From assembly GCF_006345805.1 (NCBI RefSeq), contig NC_043002.1:1240001-1304000 (forward strand): a DNA stretch of 64,000 nucleotides, in the 5' to 3' direction. The position numbers and the translations under genes were made by a program. Below, one piece after another: positions 39,331 through 52,362 of this stretch. The stretch is from Octopus sinensis (Eukaryota). The notes under the pieces are model-generated. The model saw nothing but the letters and a program-made list of their open reading frames with translations, ran no database searches and was not told where the DNA came from. How positions within the stretch are numbered: position 1 is the stretch's first letter; each line of letters begins with the position of its first letter.

Positions 39331-41529
39331 ATATATAGAGAAAGAGCGAGAGGGACAGAGAGAGAGAGAGAGAGCGAGAGAGAGGGAGGGAGATATACAT
39401 TTTCAAATATTTATGCTCAATCGTTTTATTGTGTATATTTAATGATGTACTTTGACCCGACATATTGATTTGTGAAACTCCTAGACAACGTTTTCAATCG
39501 TCTTAACATGTGGAGCTCCAAAATATCCTTAAATTACAGTAAAAAACAACAGAAAACAATGCTAAGAGAGAACATAGTTACACCGTTCTGCTCACATATT
39601 ACTTTCAATTCATCGATCGCATCAATTCTTAATAATAATACATAACCAATTTCCTCACAGAGAATCCAATAGATATGACAAGTCTGATTGAATGGGTATT
39701 CATTATTTACCATTTAAGCCAGCCGTGTTCATTGAATAACCATAAATATACCGAATACAAAAGTTGACATTGGATATTGAAAATAGGAATAGAAAGAATA
39801 AAGGAACTAAATATTTCTCTATTTTTATTCTCTTCGACCTTGCTATTTTAATTCGGTGAAGAGATATCAATAGAAGAGGGATATAGACATAAATTCATAA
39901 TTTATTAGTTTCGTGATACGTTCTAATAAATGAACATTGAGACCTACTCGCCTAAGTTTTATAATAGCGTAAAATATATGAAAAAAAAAAATAATAACGA
40001 AGATTTACATATCAGAATGTCACTTATTATCGACTGTCTCACTTTCAAAGTCTTATTTTCTTTTAGCTTATGATACAAGTAGGAAATTATGTAAATATGT
40101 TCTCAGATTCAGTTATGAGATAAGCTTTAGTTAATGTGAGATATATAAGTTTTTATTTATCCTGTCACTGCATCAATTCATTGGAAATATGGAAATCATA
40201 TAATAATGCTCTGACTAATTAGTCACCGGGGTTGTGCAAACACTGAGAAAGCATAGAATATTGATGAAAAATCAAATTTCATATTACATACAAAACAATG
40301 TGAAGAAACGTTCAAAACAAAACCGTTATTGAAAGGTGAAACATGCAGTGAAAAAGTTGAAACATTTCCAAACATTATGGTAAATTGAAGATTCCATACT
40401 TGGAATCGAAATAGATTCTCTACTTGTTTCCATTACAAAATACGATGTATCACAACAAGGAATTATATTTACCAGAGATATTTAATAATTCATATTCTTT
40501 ACAAACAAAATAAAATAAGACTGTTTTTACACGATATATCTCACTAAAATCACTGAATATTCTTTATGACACATCACTCATTGTTAAATGGAAACCAAAT
40601 CAAGATCTTTCCGTTTGAACATAATTTATCAAGTAAAATCTCTATAGCGAGAGGTTAACACTGTTGTTTCTAGCTTTTGTTCTTTTTAGCTTCACTCACT
40701 GAATATAAATAATTTACACATTTATTGTTTCGAGCCTGTTTTATGTATATCATTTACTCATTTTTAATAGGATTGTTAAATTTATATAGTACAATTTTTG
40801 AAGCCATTAAGCTGCTAATGTTTGTTTTCTAAATATTATAAAGCATCTCATGTGAAATGCCAATAAAACGTATCTAATGTAGTCGAATAATAATAATAAA
40901 TAATGTAAACTTGAGGTGTACTTTAGAAATTATATGTGTAACTGTAATATCTACGCATCTGAGTATGTTTGTGTGTTGTTTGAAGTAATGTTAGTGCTAA
41001 CAGATGTAGAGAGAATATAGTAATTGTTGACGCCTACCTTTGTAAAATATTGTACATCTATTAATTAATCTTTCAAAAATTATAATTTTCACAAATACGC
41101 CGAAAGTTTTACTTCGTGAAGAATAGGAGGTCTAATAAGAAGGATCCATGCCCGGACTTGTTTCCGGTTCCGGCCGATATATTTATAACAATCTTAACCA
41201 TTGGATGTAATTAATTCTAGTTGGTTAACTCTGTCTTCATTAATTAGATTTAATATGAAATGTTGTTTTCATGTAGTCCACAACTGCGTAATTAATCTCA
41301 GAAATGTAATATTATATTAAGCTGGTTCAATATATGGAAGAAAATTGAGTCTAATTTGTCAACACACAAAAAGCGCTACAGACAGACATTCACACACATA
41401 CGTACACATACATACGCATACACTTAAAAACACATGTGCGCGTGCACACAGACACAGACACAGACACACACATACACACATTTCTGTTAGCCGTATGAAA
41501 AGTGTTCATTGAATCAACAAAAACTTACT

Positions 41530-41760
41530 CTAAAAGCACCTGTTGTTTGTGTACAGAAGAGAGTATCATGTCGAATGTTCCTTTATCTAAAGACACATCG
41601 TGATTCAGGGGCGACCAAAGGACAGATGCCTTCGTTGAGCCGGTTCAACAAAAGTCTAGCAAGCACTTTGCCAACAGCTTCAAGAAGCGTGATTTTACTG
41701 TGGTGATGGCAACTTCCTTTTTCTCCTTTTTCTTTGAACAAAGACAGAAAATGCCATCAG
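41530..41760 (-). mobile_element. RTE-clade LINE RT fragment
   Basis: ITLLEAVGKVLARLLLNRLNEGICPLVAPESRCVFR matches the RTE motif ISLLSxxGKVLARILLNRL…LPESQCGFR. Confidence 0.8.
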
Positions 41761-42455
41761 TCCAATCTATACGTTTTTAAATATTTCTATTTTTTAAATA
41801 AAGCTTGTCCTTCACCTTTCCTTTTTAATCTCACGTGTTATGGAATTTATTCATAAACATCAACATATGGAATTTTGATGGAACTTTCCTACCAAAGCTT
41901 CTACGAAATTCTAACATAACAGTCTGGATAAACAAGACAATGTGTGCATCGTTATCGAAAATCAAAGAGAAGAAAAAGATAACTACAGATAACTGCTTCG
42001 AAACTTTAGTTTCTATTTCTAGATTATAAATTCATATTTTTACCAATAATAAGTGGTGCACCTGGTTTTGTTCGTAAATGTTTAAGCTACAATCTGGAAA
42101 AGCTTCCCGAAAAATAAATCAACTAACACGTTCTTTAAAAATACATCTGAAAGCAGAACAGGGAAATATGCCAGAATTTTCTCAAGTTTAAACTGTGAGT
42201 TTGGTTTTACCTATATTCTATCGCCAGAGCTTTGTATCTTTGTTAGCAGTCAGCTCAATCCTTACAGGAACGCTTCAAATAATAATAAATATAAGAGAAC
42301 AGACATACATATATACATATAGATGTACATATATACATACAAATATACATAGAGGTTCACACAGATACCCATGAAAAGCCTTCCTACTTTGTTAGTGTTT
42401 GAATTCACCCGTCATTCGTCGAACATCTTTTCTTTAATTAAACGTCTTTCACCAT

Positions 42456-42637
42456 TTCTGATTAATTTACAGAAATATCGATCAAATACCGATCACTTCG
42501 AAATTACTGAAGGATAGAAGAACGGCAACCACTAAAACTACTGCTGCCCATACTATTACTGCAGGTTCTACAATTACTACACCTTGCAGCCAGCTGCACC
42601 GCTAATTCTACTAGTGAAACTGCTGCTGCTGCTGCTG

Positions 42638-42695
<58 letters not shown>

Positions 42696-42871
42696 AGTAA
42701 TTTCGAAGTGATCGGTATTTGATCGATATTTCTGTAAATTAATCAGAATTAATGCAGAAGAACGGCAACCACTAAAACTACTGCTGCCCATACTATTACT
42801 GCAGGTTCTACAATTACTACACCTTGCAGCCAGCTGCACCGCTAATTCTACTAGTGAAACTGCTGCTGCTG

Positions 42872-42916
<45 letters not shown>
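42456..42916. repeat. Local inverted-plus-direct duplication: A, B, (CTA)n, inverted A, B, (CTA)n
   Basis: A = 42456-42512 with its reverse complement at 42692-42748; B (~115 bp) at 42516 and 42756, apparently identical. Confidence 0.9.
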
Positions 42917-43247
42917 GCGCTGCAAAACTGATATTATGAAAGAAGAATAAATTGACTTAATTTGTTTCAGTTTTATTTCCCTTTTCCTGCAACCTAACCA
43001 AATCGTTTTAGAAAACGGTTGAAATCGGTAGCATAGTCAGATATAAAAAATGGAAATATCTTTCTTCTTTTGGACATGATAAAGTTCTCGAAGCATTTTC
43101 TTTTTGATTTTTTTAAGCACACACACACACATGCATATATGTATTGTTGTATTTCAGGCTGGTCATTTGTTTTTGCCAGATAAACACACGCACTATATAT
43201 TTGTTCTTCATTCGTTTATTACTGTTCTTATTTTAACTGAGGTCCAT

Positions 43248-43292
43248 TGTCGAGAAATCTTTCGTCACGCATCTGTGACCTCTTCAGTGACA
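43248..43292 (-). ncRNA. Type I hammerhead-like motif, family A
   Basis: Minus: tgtca-CTGAAGA-g-gtcac-agatgc-gtgac-GAAA-gattt-c-tcgaca. Confidence 0.55.
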
Positions 43293-43417
43293 CTTTTCGT
43301 TTATGCTCTTGCTCCACTTACCCCATTATGCTCTTCTATGATGTGCGCACATAAAGATACATATTCTAGAAGACAAAATGGAATATGTGGAACAAGAGCA
43401 CACATGAAAATGGAAAG

Positions 43418-43462
43418 TGTTGCTGAAGAAGTCACAGATGTGTGACGAAATATTTCTGGACA
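43418..43462 (+). ncRNA. Type I hammerhead-like motif, family A
   Basis: tgttg-CTGAAGA-a-gtcaca-gatg-tgtgac-GAAA-tattt-c-tggaca; 6-bp stem II. Confidence 0.55.
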
Positions 43463-45982
43463 AGGGACTTGAGTTAAAATAAAAGAATAAGAACAGTAAT
43501 AAACGAGTGAAGAACAAATATAAAGAGCGTGTGTTTATTTGGAAATATATATACATGTATGTTGAGAAAATTAATAGAAAAATCCCACTAAACAAGCTTA
43601 TTAAAAAGATCTAGACTGATACAAAATTTTCAGTGAAAAGTAGTAAGCTGAGCTCGGTTGTACTATTGTTAGATATCGTCATGTGTGTCTTAATGTAATA
43701 TCAAAATGTATGGCCGGAAGAAATACCGAGATCTATAACAAAAGGTGTGTCAATGTACCCGTTCAATTCACCGTTTTTGAGACAACACACACACACATAC
43801 ACACACGCACGCACATAGGCATACACACAAACGTAATCCAAACACACACACACACAAACGTAATCCAAACACACACACACACAATTACACCATCTTTCTC
43901 ATTTTTTAAGATGGTAGGACGGCTTTTGAGGAATATTTGTTCGTTACTTTGTGCAGATTAGTCAAACAAGTCAAAGGTTCATTCTTGCCGACGAATATTT
44001 TTGATAAGACCTTACATATTGTCCTTTGAATAAAAAAAAAAAAAGGATTTCCAAACCTTGTTTTATTTTACTGGTGAAGACGGTTCTCACTAATGGAGGA
44101 ATTACGTTATTCTGCAACAAACCAGAGACAACAAACTCACCTTATAATATAAATTTATGCCTAAACTGAAATTTATTTAATAATTGTATAGTATATTGCT
44201 GCCTTTATAAAATATCATACTATTTTAGAGTCATGTTGTCACCCAATAATCTGTTTAAATATTGAGACATTGTTAAATGACTAAACTACTTTAAAGTATT
44301 TTACGTTTTAAATGAAATGTGCTGAGATCTTAAAGTTTAGCTCCAGTATCATCACAAGATTTGCCAGAACGAGATTGTTGGTAACTACGAACTCCTTCAA
44401 AGGCCCGACTCCCCATTTTTTCTCAGGGTTTTTTGCCAAAGGTTTTGGCAAGGCCGGGTATGGCAGCAAGGTAGAGATGTTTTGGTCCCGGGGTTTTCCT
44501 TTCCCTAGATCGATTGCGCTGCTAGGCTAATTCTGAAATTTTCGAACCTCACAACTTGATGTAGTGATAGATGTTCTTAACTAATAATTATCTACGAATA
44601 AATCGAAGCATTAGTTTGATGTCGGGTGATGTGACTGATGGCCCCATCTTGTCGTTTGTCACGTTTTCTGAAACAAACTTTCACGTATTTGTTTTTTAAA
44701 TTAGTAAGAGAAGCGAGAGAAAAATTGGTTTTGAATACATAACGACTCTTTCTCCAATTCATATTCTATATACTATGCTTCTATATACTACGCTTCACTT
44801 GTTAACAGAAGCTAATTCAAATGATAGATGTCAAAGTAAATACTCATAAGTATCATATTTCTAGATGAAATACACAAATTTGATGATTTAGAAATATTTA
44901 TAACTTTTACATATTTATATTTCAGTGTCTACGTATTACATATACTGTTTCATTATCTAAATAACTATTTCAAATGTTCACGTGAGGTCAGCGCTTTTAG
45001 GGGGTTAGTCGATAACATCGATCCCAGCACTCGACTGGTACCTTATTTTATTGAACAAGAAAGGATGGAAGACCAATAATAGTAAAATAAAGGGAAAATA
45101 ATTTGGGAGATACAATTATAATCCAGTCTTATACGAAACAGTCAGTGGATACATGATGCAGAAACATTCTGGGAAACTCGTTTCTTTATAAACTGGAAAT
45201 AAAACTGCATTTAGGATAAAACTTTTTAGTTCATTAATTTGATTACTTAAATTACTCATTGTATTTTCTTTAAGCAACAAAACATTCTGCTAATCTAGTG
45301 AAGGAATACGATATGCCTACAAAAAGCGGCAAAACTAGATTAATGAAATAAAATGAAAACGCATCGAAGAAATTGCATTGTTTTGTAGAAATTATTTGAA
45401 GCATTTTGTTGTATGTGAGCGCGAGTCTATGTTGCGAGGCACAATGCTAATCAGGAGGACTAATTGTAACTTGATTATTGATCTGATCAGGGAAAAGGCA
45501 AGAAACTGATTTTACTAATGACACTGGAGGTAAATAAATATTGATTACTAGCTTGATCAAAATACAAAACAACATGCTATTCTGAATAAATCTGATTGAA
45601 TATTAACCAATCGATTGAAAACCTCCCAAATAACCCTCTTAGTATTTCAGCAAACATAATTGGCAAAAATATTTTCACAGCAGTGAATATTTTCTCTTGA
45701 AGAAATATAGAAGATTGGTGTTTTAGAAATAGTTTTAACCCATAAATATTTCTTATTTCAGTAAATGCTTTACACATAATATTTCATTCTATAAAAAATA
45801 CAAATATAAAGGGAAATAGTAATTGTCAACTCTGTTGTACAAAGAGAATCTGATAGAAATCGCTATTCAAATCAAACACAAACAGCTGGAGTGATTTGCA
45901 TAGCGTGGATTAGTCAGTGATGAGATAATAGAATTAAATATTTTATGCACTGTGTGAGAAGAAAGCAACTTCAGTAGCAATA

Positions 45983-46385
45983 GGCGTAGGAGTGGCTGCG
46001 TGGTAAGTAGCTTGCTTACCAACCACATGGTTCCGGGTTCATTACCACTGCGTGGCACCTTGGGCAAGTTTCTTCTACCATAGCCTCGGGCCGACTAAAG
46101 CCTTGTCAGTAGATTTGGTGGACGGAAACTGAAAGAAGCTCGTCATATATATATATATGTATGTGTGTGTATATGTTTGTGTGTCTGTGTTTGTCACCCC
46201 AACATCGCTTGACAACCAATGCAGGTGTGTTTGCGTCCCCGTAACTTAGCAGTTCGGCAAAACAGACCAATAGAATAAATACTAGGATTACAAAAAATAA
46301 GTCCTTGGGTCGAGTTGCTCGACTAAAGGCGGTGCTCCAGCATGGCCACAGTCAAATGACTGAAACAAGTAAAAGAGTTAAAGAG
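45983..46385 (+). mobile_element. Full-length tRNA-derived SINE (family S2) with internal (AT)/(GT) microsatellite
   Basis: ggagtggctgcgtggtaag (A box), gggttcattacc (B box-like), ggcaccttgggcaag core, (AAAGAGT)-like tail. Confidence 0.92.
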
Positions 46386-47733
46386 CAACAGCGGCATTTG
46401 CTGAACAGTAAAACTGAATCTTTTGTTTTAAAGAAAGTTGAACATTTCACAATATTTTACAGACAAAGCAATGTGGCAAAGTTCAAATTTCAAATCACAT
46501 AATTCGAGGTACCTTCCCATCGCATGGCATCTTGGGCAAGTGTCTCTCTTATAGCCTCTAGGGGTCAATGGCTTGTCAATGAAATTATAAAACCAATCTT
46601 TATGCCCATTTTTAAATTCCTGTAGAAGCAATGTATTTGCTTATTTCTTGTGATTTAACCAAGACAAATATCGAACTTCAAATCACTTGGCTCGATATTA
46701 TCGATTAAAGCAAATCAAGGCGATAGTCCACGCATGCTCGCAATCTAATGACTGAAACTAGTAAAAGTGTAACATTGCATAATAAATTTGAGCGTTTATT
46801 ACGTGTGTCACATTCAATTTCCCTTGAAAGAGTCGACCTTTTGAAGAAACATCAACATATATTTTTGACTACTGTAGTTTCGTAATAAGTTACTTGAAAC
46901 TGAAGGCAGCCGGGGTAAATGTATTTAGGTCGATACTGCATTTCATTCTTTTGTGTGTCTGGGATGATAGAATTGTAACAGAACATTCAATAATGGCTGT
47001 GCCGTCTCACATTCTAAACTTGCTTCCGTCACATAATCGTAAATGAAATATTACTCTTCCTTCGGCCAGTTATCGCGAATCGAACTTTTATATAACATTT
47101 TCATTTTAACTGTAGTTTCAAATTTCAATGACTATTGGTGTCTGAAAGTAAATAAGATCGAAGAATGTTTACCGAGAGATACTGTAAGGTCGCAAGCAAA
47201 ACGGTTCTTCAAAAGGAAGACAGTGAATATTTGTTTACCATTTGCCAGAAGCAGGAAATGTCGCACATAGATTTTATTTTTCGAATATTATTTCCCATTT
47301 ACTTTACATCATTTTAGTTGGATAAATACCTTCTTAAAGTCAATAAATTTAGCTTGGTGGAGATTTTTTGATATTTAGTAAATATATCGATTTATCGATC
47401 CTTTTGACATCTATTATATATCTGATATTGAAAATTGCAAAGCGCTTTAATAAAATTTTAAAAAAACAACTTAACAAACATATATTATTGGATGGTTGAG
47501 ATTATCAGCGTTATGCATTTCTGCTTTTTTCATCCATATGTCGAAACTAACCAGCGAAGAAATCCTCATTAATTGGTTTCAAGATACTTTTCTTGTTCTC
47601 TCTTGTAATATAGTATTGTATATCATCCTGCCTGTTGCATTATTTCTGTCCTATGTAATCTCGTCACTCAATAAACCTTTTACTTCCATGGCTCTTTTCA
47701 ACATCGTGAAAAAGTATATATATATATATATAT

Positions 47734-49781
47734 GAAAAAAACAAGTAAAAAATAGAAAATGCTAAATAATTTTATAGTGAACATTCAGTACCGGTTTCGG
47801 TCATTTTGAGACCTTTTCAACTGTAACGATTAAAAATTTAAATTTAGAAAAATTAGAAGAAGTTTTTTTTAAAAGAATATTTCTATAGTAGTGTTCAGAT
47901 TAAGTGGCATTCTGCCTTTCTCTGACTCCCTGTTTGCACTTGTGTGTTTGAGGTAGTTGTGAGCTCTTGGTAGGGTAGTGTAGAGAGAAGGCTGGTGAGG
48001 AAAGGGGGTGGGAGAATCTGGGAGTGGCCCTGATGGTCGTATTTTGAATGGTCAGTGGCGGCTGTCAGTCTCAGTTCATTCAGGAGAATATTTATATGAC
48101 AGGCTTCTTTATAGAATTACGTAGTGTTATACTAAAAAACATTAGTGACGAACTTAAGGGTAGGGGTGGAGAAGAAGAAGAAGAAGAAGAAGAAGAAGAA
48201 AAAGGAGAAGGAGAAGGAGAAGATGACGATGATGGTGATGGTGGTGATGATTATGAAACGACGATGGATGATGAATAACGATGATGATGAAGAAGAAAAG
48301 AGGAGAAAGAGAGAAGGAGAAGATGGTGGTGATGATGGTGGCGATGATGATGAATGCCGATGATGATGATAACGATGATGATGAAGAAGAAGAGGAAGAA
48401 GAAGAAGAAGAAAAAACAGAGAAGGAGAATATGAATGTAAATATAGCTATGAAGGGGCTGATTAGTAATGGATTCTATTGAGTGTAGTATTTGTGTGTGT
48501 ATATATATTTTTTTTCTTTTATTCTAAGGTTGAGGTATATTAATTGTTTGTCGTAGACCCGTTAAGAAGTGGCTTGTATTTTGTAATAAAGAGATTTTCT
48601 TTACTTATTCGTTGTCTCGAGGTTGTATCGTCCCTAAATTGGTAGAGGGGGAAAATTCTGAAGTTTGGTGTTTTTTTGTTGGCGCAAGTATCTATGTGTT
48701 GCTAAAAGCTATTTTTCTGTTTTGGGTTGGGGAATTTTTATCTGGGATCTGTGCAGGGCCATTCGTTTACGCAAACCATTTTTTGTTTGGCCTATGTACT
48801 GCTCTTGACACCCGGAGCAGGTTAGTGAGTATATTAGGTTCTCCGAAGCACATGTGAAGTTGCTTTTCACTGTAAAACGTTGTCCCTGTTGAAGGAGAAC
48901 TCAGAACCCTCGATTAGATAGTCGCATATCCCCAATTGGGTCTTCCACATTTTTTTACTGTCGGCTTCTGTGTTGAAGAGTGAATTCGGGCTTGTGTAAG
49001 GAGACTTTTCATGGATCTAGGCTGTCTTTTTTTGCTTTTTATGATCGTGTGTGTTTGGAGGATTGTGTTCATTCTGTGGTCTTTTTTTAGGAGGGGTATG
49101 TTGTGGAGGATGGTGTCGAAGGCTTCGTTATTGAGAGGGTGGTGTGTGGAGATGTATGGTAAGGCTTTTGGTTGTAAGTTTTTCTTTGATTGGGATGTCT
49201 CAGTTCCTTGATGTTAAGTTGAAGGGCACGTTGAATGCATTTGTCAATAAGTGAAGGTGGATAGTTTCCTGGTGATTAGGGTATCTTTTAGTTCTTGTAG
49301 TCGTGTGTCTCTGGTGTTTGCGTTAGAGACTATAGTGCATATCCTTTTTGCTAGATTGAAGGGGATATTCATCCTGGTGTGTCTGGGGTGGCATGAATTG
49401 AATGGAAGATATTGCTTAGAGTCTGTAGGCTTATAGTATATGTCTGTTTCTATTATATTTATTAGCTTTCTTATGAGGATATCGAGGAAGGGGAGTTGTT
49501 GTTGGCTATATTCCATCGTGAATTGGATGTTTACGTCCAGTCCGTTTAAAATTTTCTGGATTCTCTATGAGTTTTTCTATATTTTTATGCCAAAGGATGA
49601 AACAGTCATCTAGAGATCTCTTATCTCTTCCAGTTGTTTTCTATGTAGATGGAGAAAGGGCTGCCATATCTTTCTAGAACCTTACGATACGACTGATCTC
49701 TAGGTATCCTATGACTAGGTTGGCAAAGGAGGGGGCCATTCGTGTACCCATCGCAAAGGAGGGGGCCATTCGTGTACCCAT
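47734..49781 (-). mobile_element. 5'-truncated Penelope-like retroelement: RT C-terminal half, GIY-YIG endonuclease, 3' pLTR with HHR; interrupted by (GAA)/(GAT) tracts
   Basis: Minus-strand motifs in order: MGTRMAPSFANLVIGYLE, WKRY(LDD)CFILW disrupted by a small duplication, LPFLDIL…TDIYYKPTDSKQYLPFNSCHP, CASENLIYSLTCSGCQEQYIGQTK..LRKRM.LHR (GIY-YIG with Cys motif); (AT)n at both ends. Confidence 0.9.
47783..47826 (-). ncRNA. Type I hammerhead ribozyme with U3-A8 core
   Basis: Minus: ttacag-TTGAAAA-ggtc-tcaaaat-gacc-GAAA-c-cg-g-TA-ctgaat; perfect 4-bp stem II with G10.1-C11.1, palindromic ACCGGU stem III, GUA cleavage triplet, short stem I (cag/ctg). Confidence 0.75.
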
Positions 49782-49851
49782 ATATATATATATGTGTGTG
49801 TTGTGTGTGTGGGTGTGTGTGTTGTATATTGTGTATATATATAGTATATAT

Positions 49852-50004
<153 letters not shown>

Positions 50005-50913
50005 ATGTATATCTTCATTTGCATTGACTACCTTCAGTCATTATTTAAATGAAACAGTTCACTTTGAAACATACCCTCGTCTTTAAAAACTTCTTGTTAT
50101 ATGTAGTCAATTTCTGGACAAAATTTCGGTATTTTCCCTTAAAAGAGTATTAATAAAATTGTTTCTTCTGGTTCTTTAGGCTCTGATTCGGAATCTCGTG
50201 AGGATCAACTTTATCGTTACTCATTTCGGAGTCGAAACGTATACAAGCCAAGGCAGGACGAGTATCTCAAGTCATTTAGAAAACTTTATTAGAGTAAGGT
50301 GAATGTAAGGTAATTAATTAATTACTGAATGTCTTACACCTATTTCCGGGATATCCCAAGTAATAGGTAAACATCTCCATACACTGGGTATTCTGTCATC
50401 AGAGACAAGGTGGGTACGGATGAAAGTTCTAGATAGGGAATTCACAGCACCTTATAGCACCTACACAGCGTACCTATTCGTTTGGATCACCAGTGAAGTA
50501 AACCGCTCACAAAATTTCTCTCTCTCTCTCTCTCTCTCTATTCTGTCTGTCTGCTTGTCTGCCTGTTTGTCAGTCTGTCTGTCTATGTATGTATGTATGT
50601 ATGTATGTATGTATGTATGTATGTATGTATGTATATTATGTTTACACACACAAACACACACACACACATACATATACACACCCACATAAGCATACACGTA
50701 CATATACCTACACATACACATATCTATACACGTATGTGAACCCCCCCCACATATATATATATATATATTTATATATACACACACACACATAAGTACATAT
50801 CTTGTATTGTATGTATGCATTTTATTTATTTGCCTGTGCGGCTGATAACTGGGTTGCCACACGTGATGGTGTTTTAATAATACCATCCCTTCTTATATAT
50901 ATGTATATATATG

Positions 50914-50948
<35 letters not shown>

Positions 50949-51082
50949 ATGTATGTATATGCATATATATATATATATATGATATATGTGTGTGTGTGTG
51001 TGTGTGCATATATATGTATGTGAATGTATATATATATATCTGTATTCATATACATACATGTATATACATATATATATATAAT

Positions 51083-51142
<60 letters not shown>

Positions 51143-51973
51143 TTGTATGTACATACATACATACACACATACTCAAACACAGGTAAATACGTTTATCACG
51201 ATTTGTGAATCTTACTAAACGCATGCGCATTGCTGAAGGCATTGCTGTTGCGGTATTGTATGAGATGCGAATTTCTTCATAGACTTGTGTTAAAAACTCT
51301 ATTTATCAGGGAAGGCAAAATGCGTCTGCCGTCCTCATGGCTCACCTCGAGTAGGGTTGATGCTCGTCTCGCTGAGAGACGCTTAACTCATTGTTTCTAG
51401 GGTGAATACTTATTACTTTGCTTTCTTCTCCTCGCAACTGAAACAAGCCCGACGCAATCCCGCATTAGTGTTTCATACATCTGAAGAATTCTCTACATTT
51501 GTTTTCTTGAGAAAACCATGTCAAGTTTTCCTGTTATGTAATACTTAACGAAATTTGATTCCGACATAATGGCGCTTATTATAATCCGAGTGTCGGGGGC
51601 GTTAAGGGTAGTAAATGTTGTCCAGAAATCGCAGAGCTTTCAGAAGAGACAGATAAAAGTCCACTGTATTAATGAGTGAAATATTATTGTTTCATGGTTG
51701 ATTATTTTCTATGAATGATTCGGATGGATTGTAAATCGGTAAAATTTCCCGATCCATACTAAATTCCACCAATAAAATCAATATTAGAGCGAGTCGCAGC
51801 TGCTCTGAAAATCTTCAGGGCAAATCTTTTACTAACATACACAGGGGTCAACCACACAACTGTTAAATATAGAATTGTACTCTCCATAAGGTGAAAACCT
51901 AAAGAACAACAGCTTATGCCGATCTGGTTCCTCCACTAGTCACGCACCAACATGTTATATAAGAGAAATATAT

Positions 51974-52362
51974 GAGTGGCTGTGTGGTAAGTAGCTGGCT
52001 AACCAACCACATGGTTCCGGGTTCAGTCCCACTGCGTGGCATCTTGGGCAAGTGTCTTCTGCTATAGCCCCGGGCCGACCAATGCCTTGTGAGTGGATTT
52101 GGTAGACGGAAACTGAAAGAAGCCTGTCGTATATACGTATATATATGTGTGTTTGTGTGTCTGTGTTTGTCCCTTTAGCATTGCTTGACAACCGATGGTG
52201 GTGTGTTTATGTCCCCGTCACTTAGCGGTTCGGCAAAACAGTCCGATAGAATAAGTACTGGGCTTACAAAGAATAAGTCCTGGGGTCGAGTTGCTCGACT
52301 AAAGGCGGTGCTCCAGCATGGCCGCAGTCAAATGACTGAAACAAGTAAAAGAGTAAAAGAGT
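51974..52362 (+). mobile_element. Near full-length SINE family S2
   Basis: Colinear with 45983-46385; (AAAAGAGT)2 tail. Confidence 0.92.

Larger units (their letters stand above)
43141..43545. mobile_element. Family A fold-back element: two diverged inverted arms (~190 bp), each carrying an HHR-like motif
   Basis: 43141-~43335 is approximately the reverse complement of ~43365-43545 and of 1980-2195. Confidence 0.8.

Noticed and set aside
37266-39468. ORFs of 283-724 aa
   Set aside because: They are translations of the stop-free (TACA)n array, not proteins. The same applies to all CV/HT/YI/MYVC ORFs in the track.
50205-50250. actc/gagt hairpin followed by cGAAACGTA
   Set aside because: The 5' core is unrecognisable; at best a decayed remnant.
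51219-51229. NRF1-like GCATGCGCA motif near a CpG-richer stretch
   Set aside because: A single imperfect motif with no identifiable first exon; similar strings occur inside repeats (e.g. ~60356).
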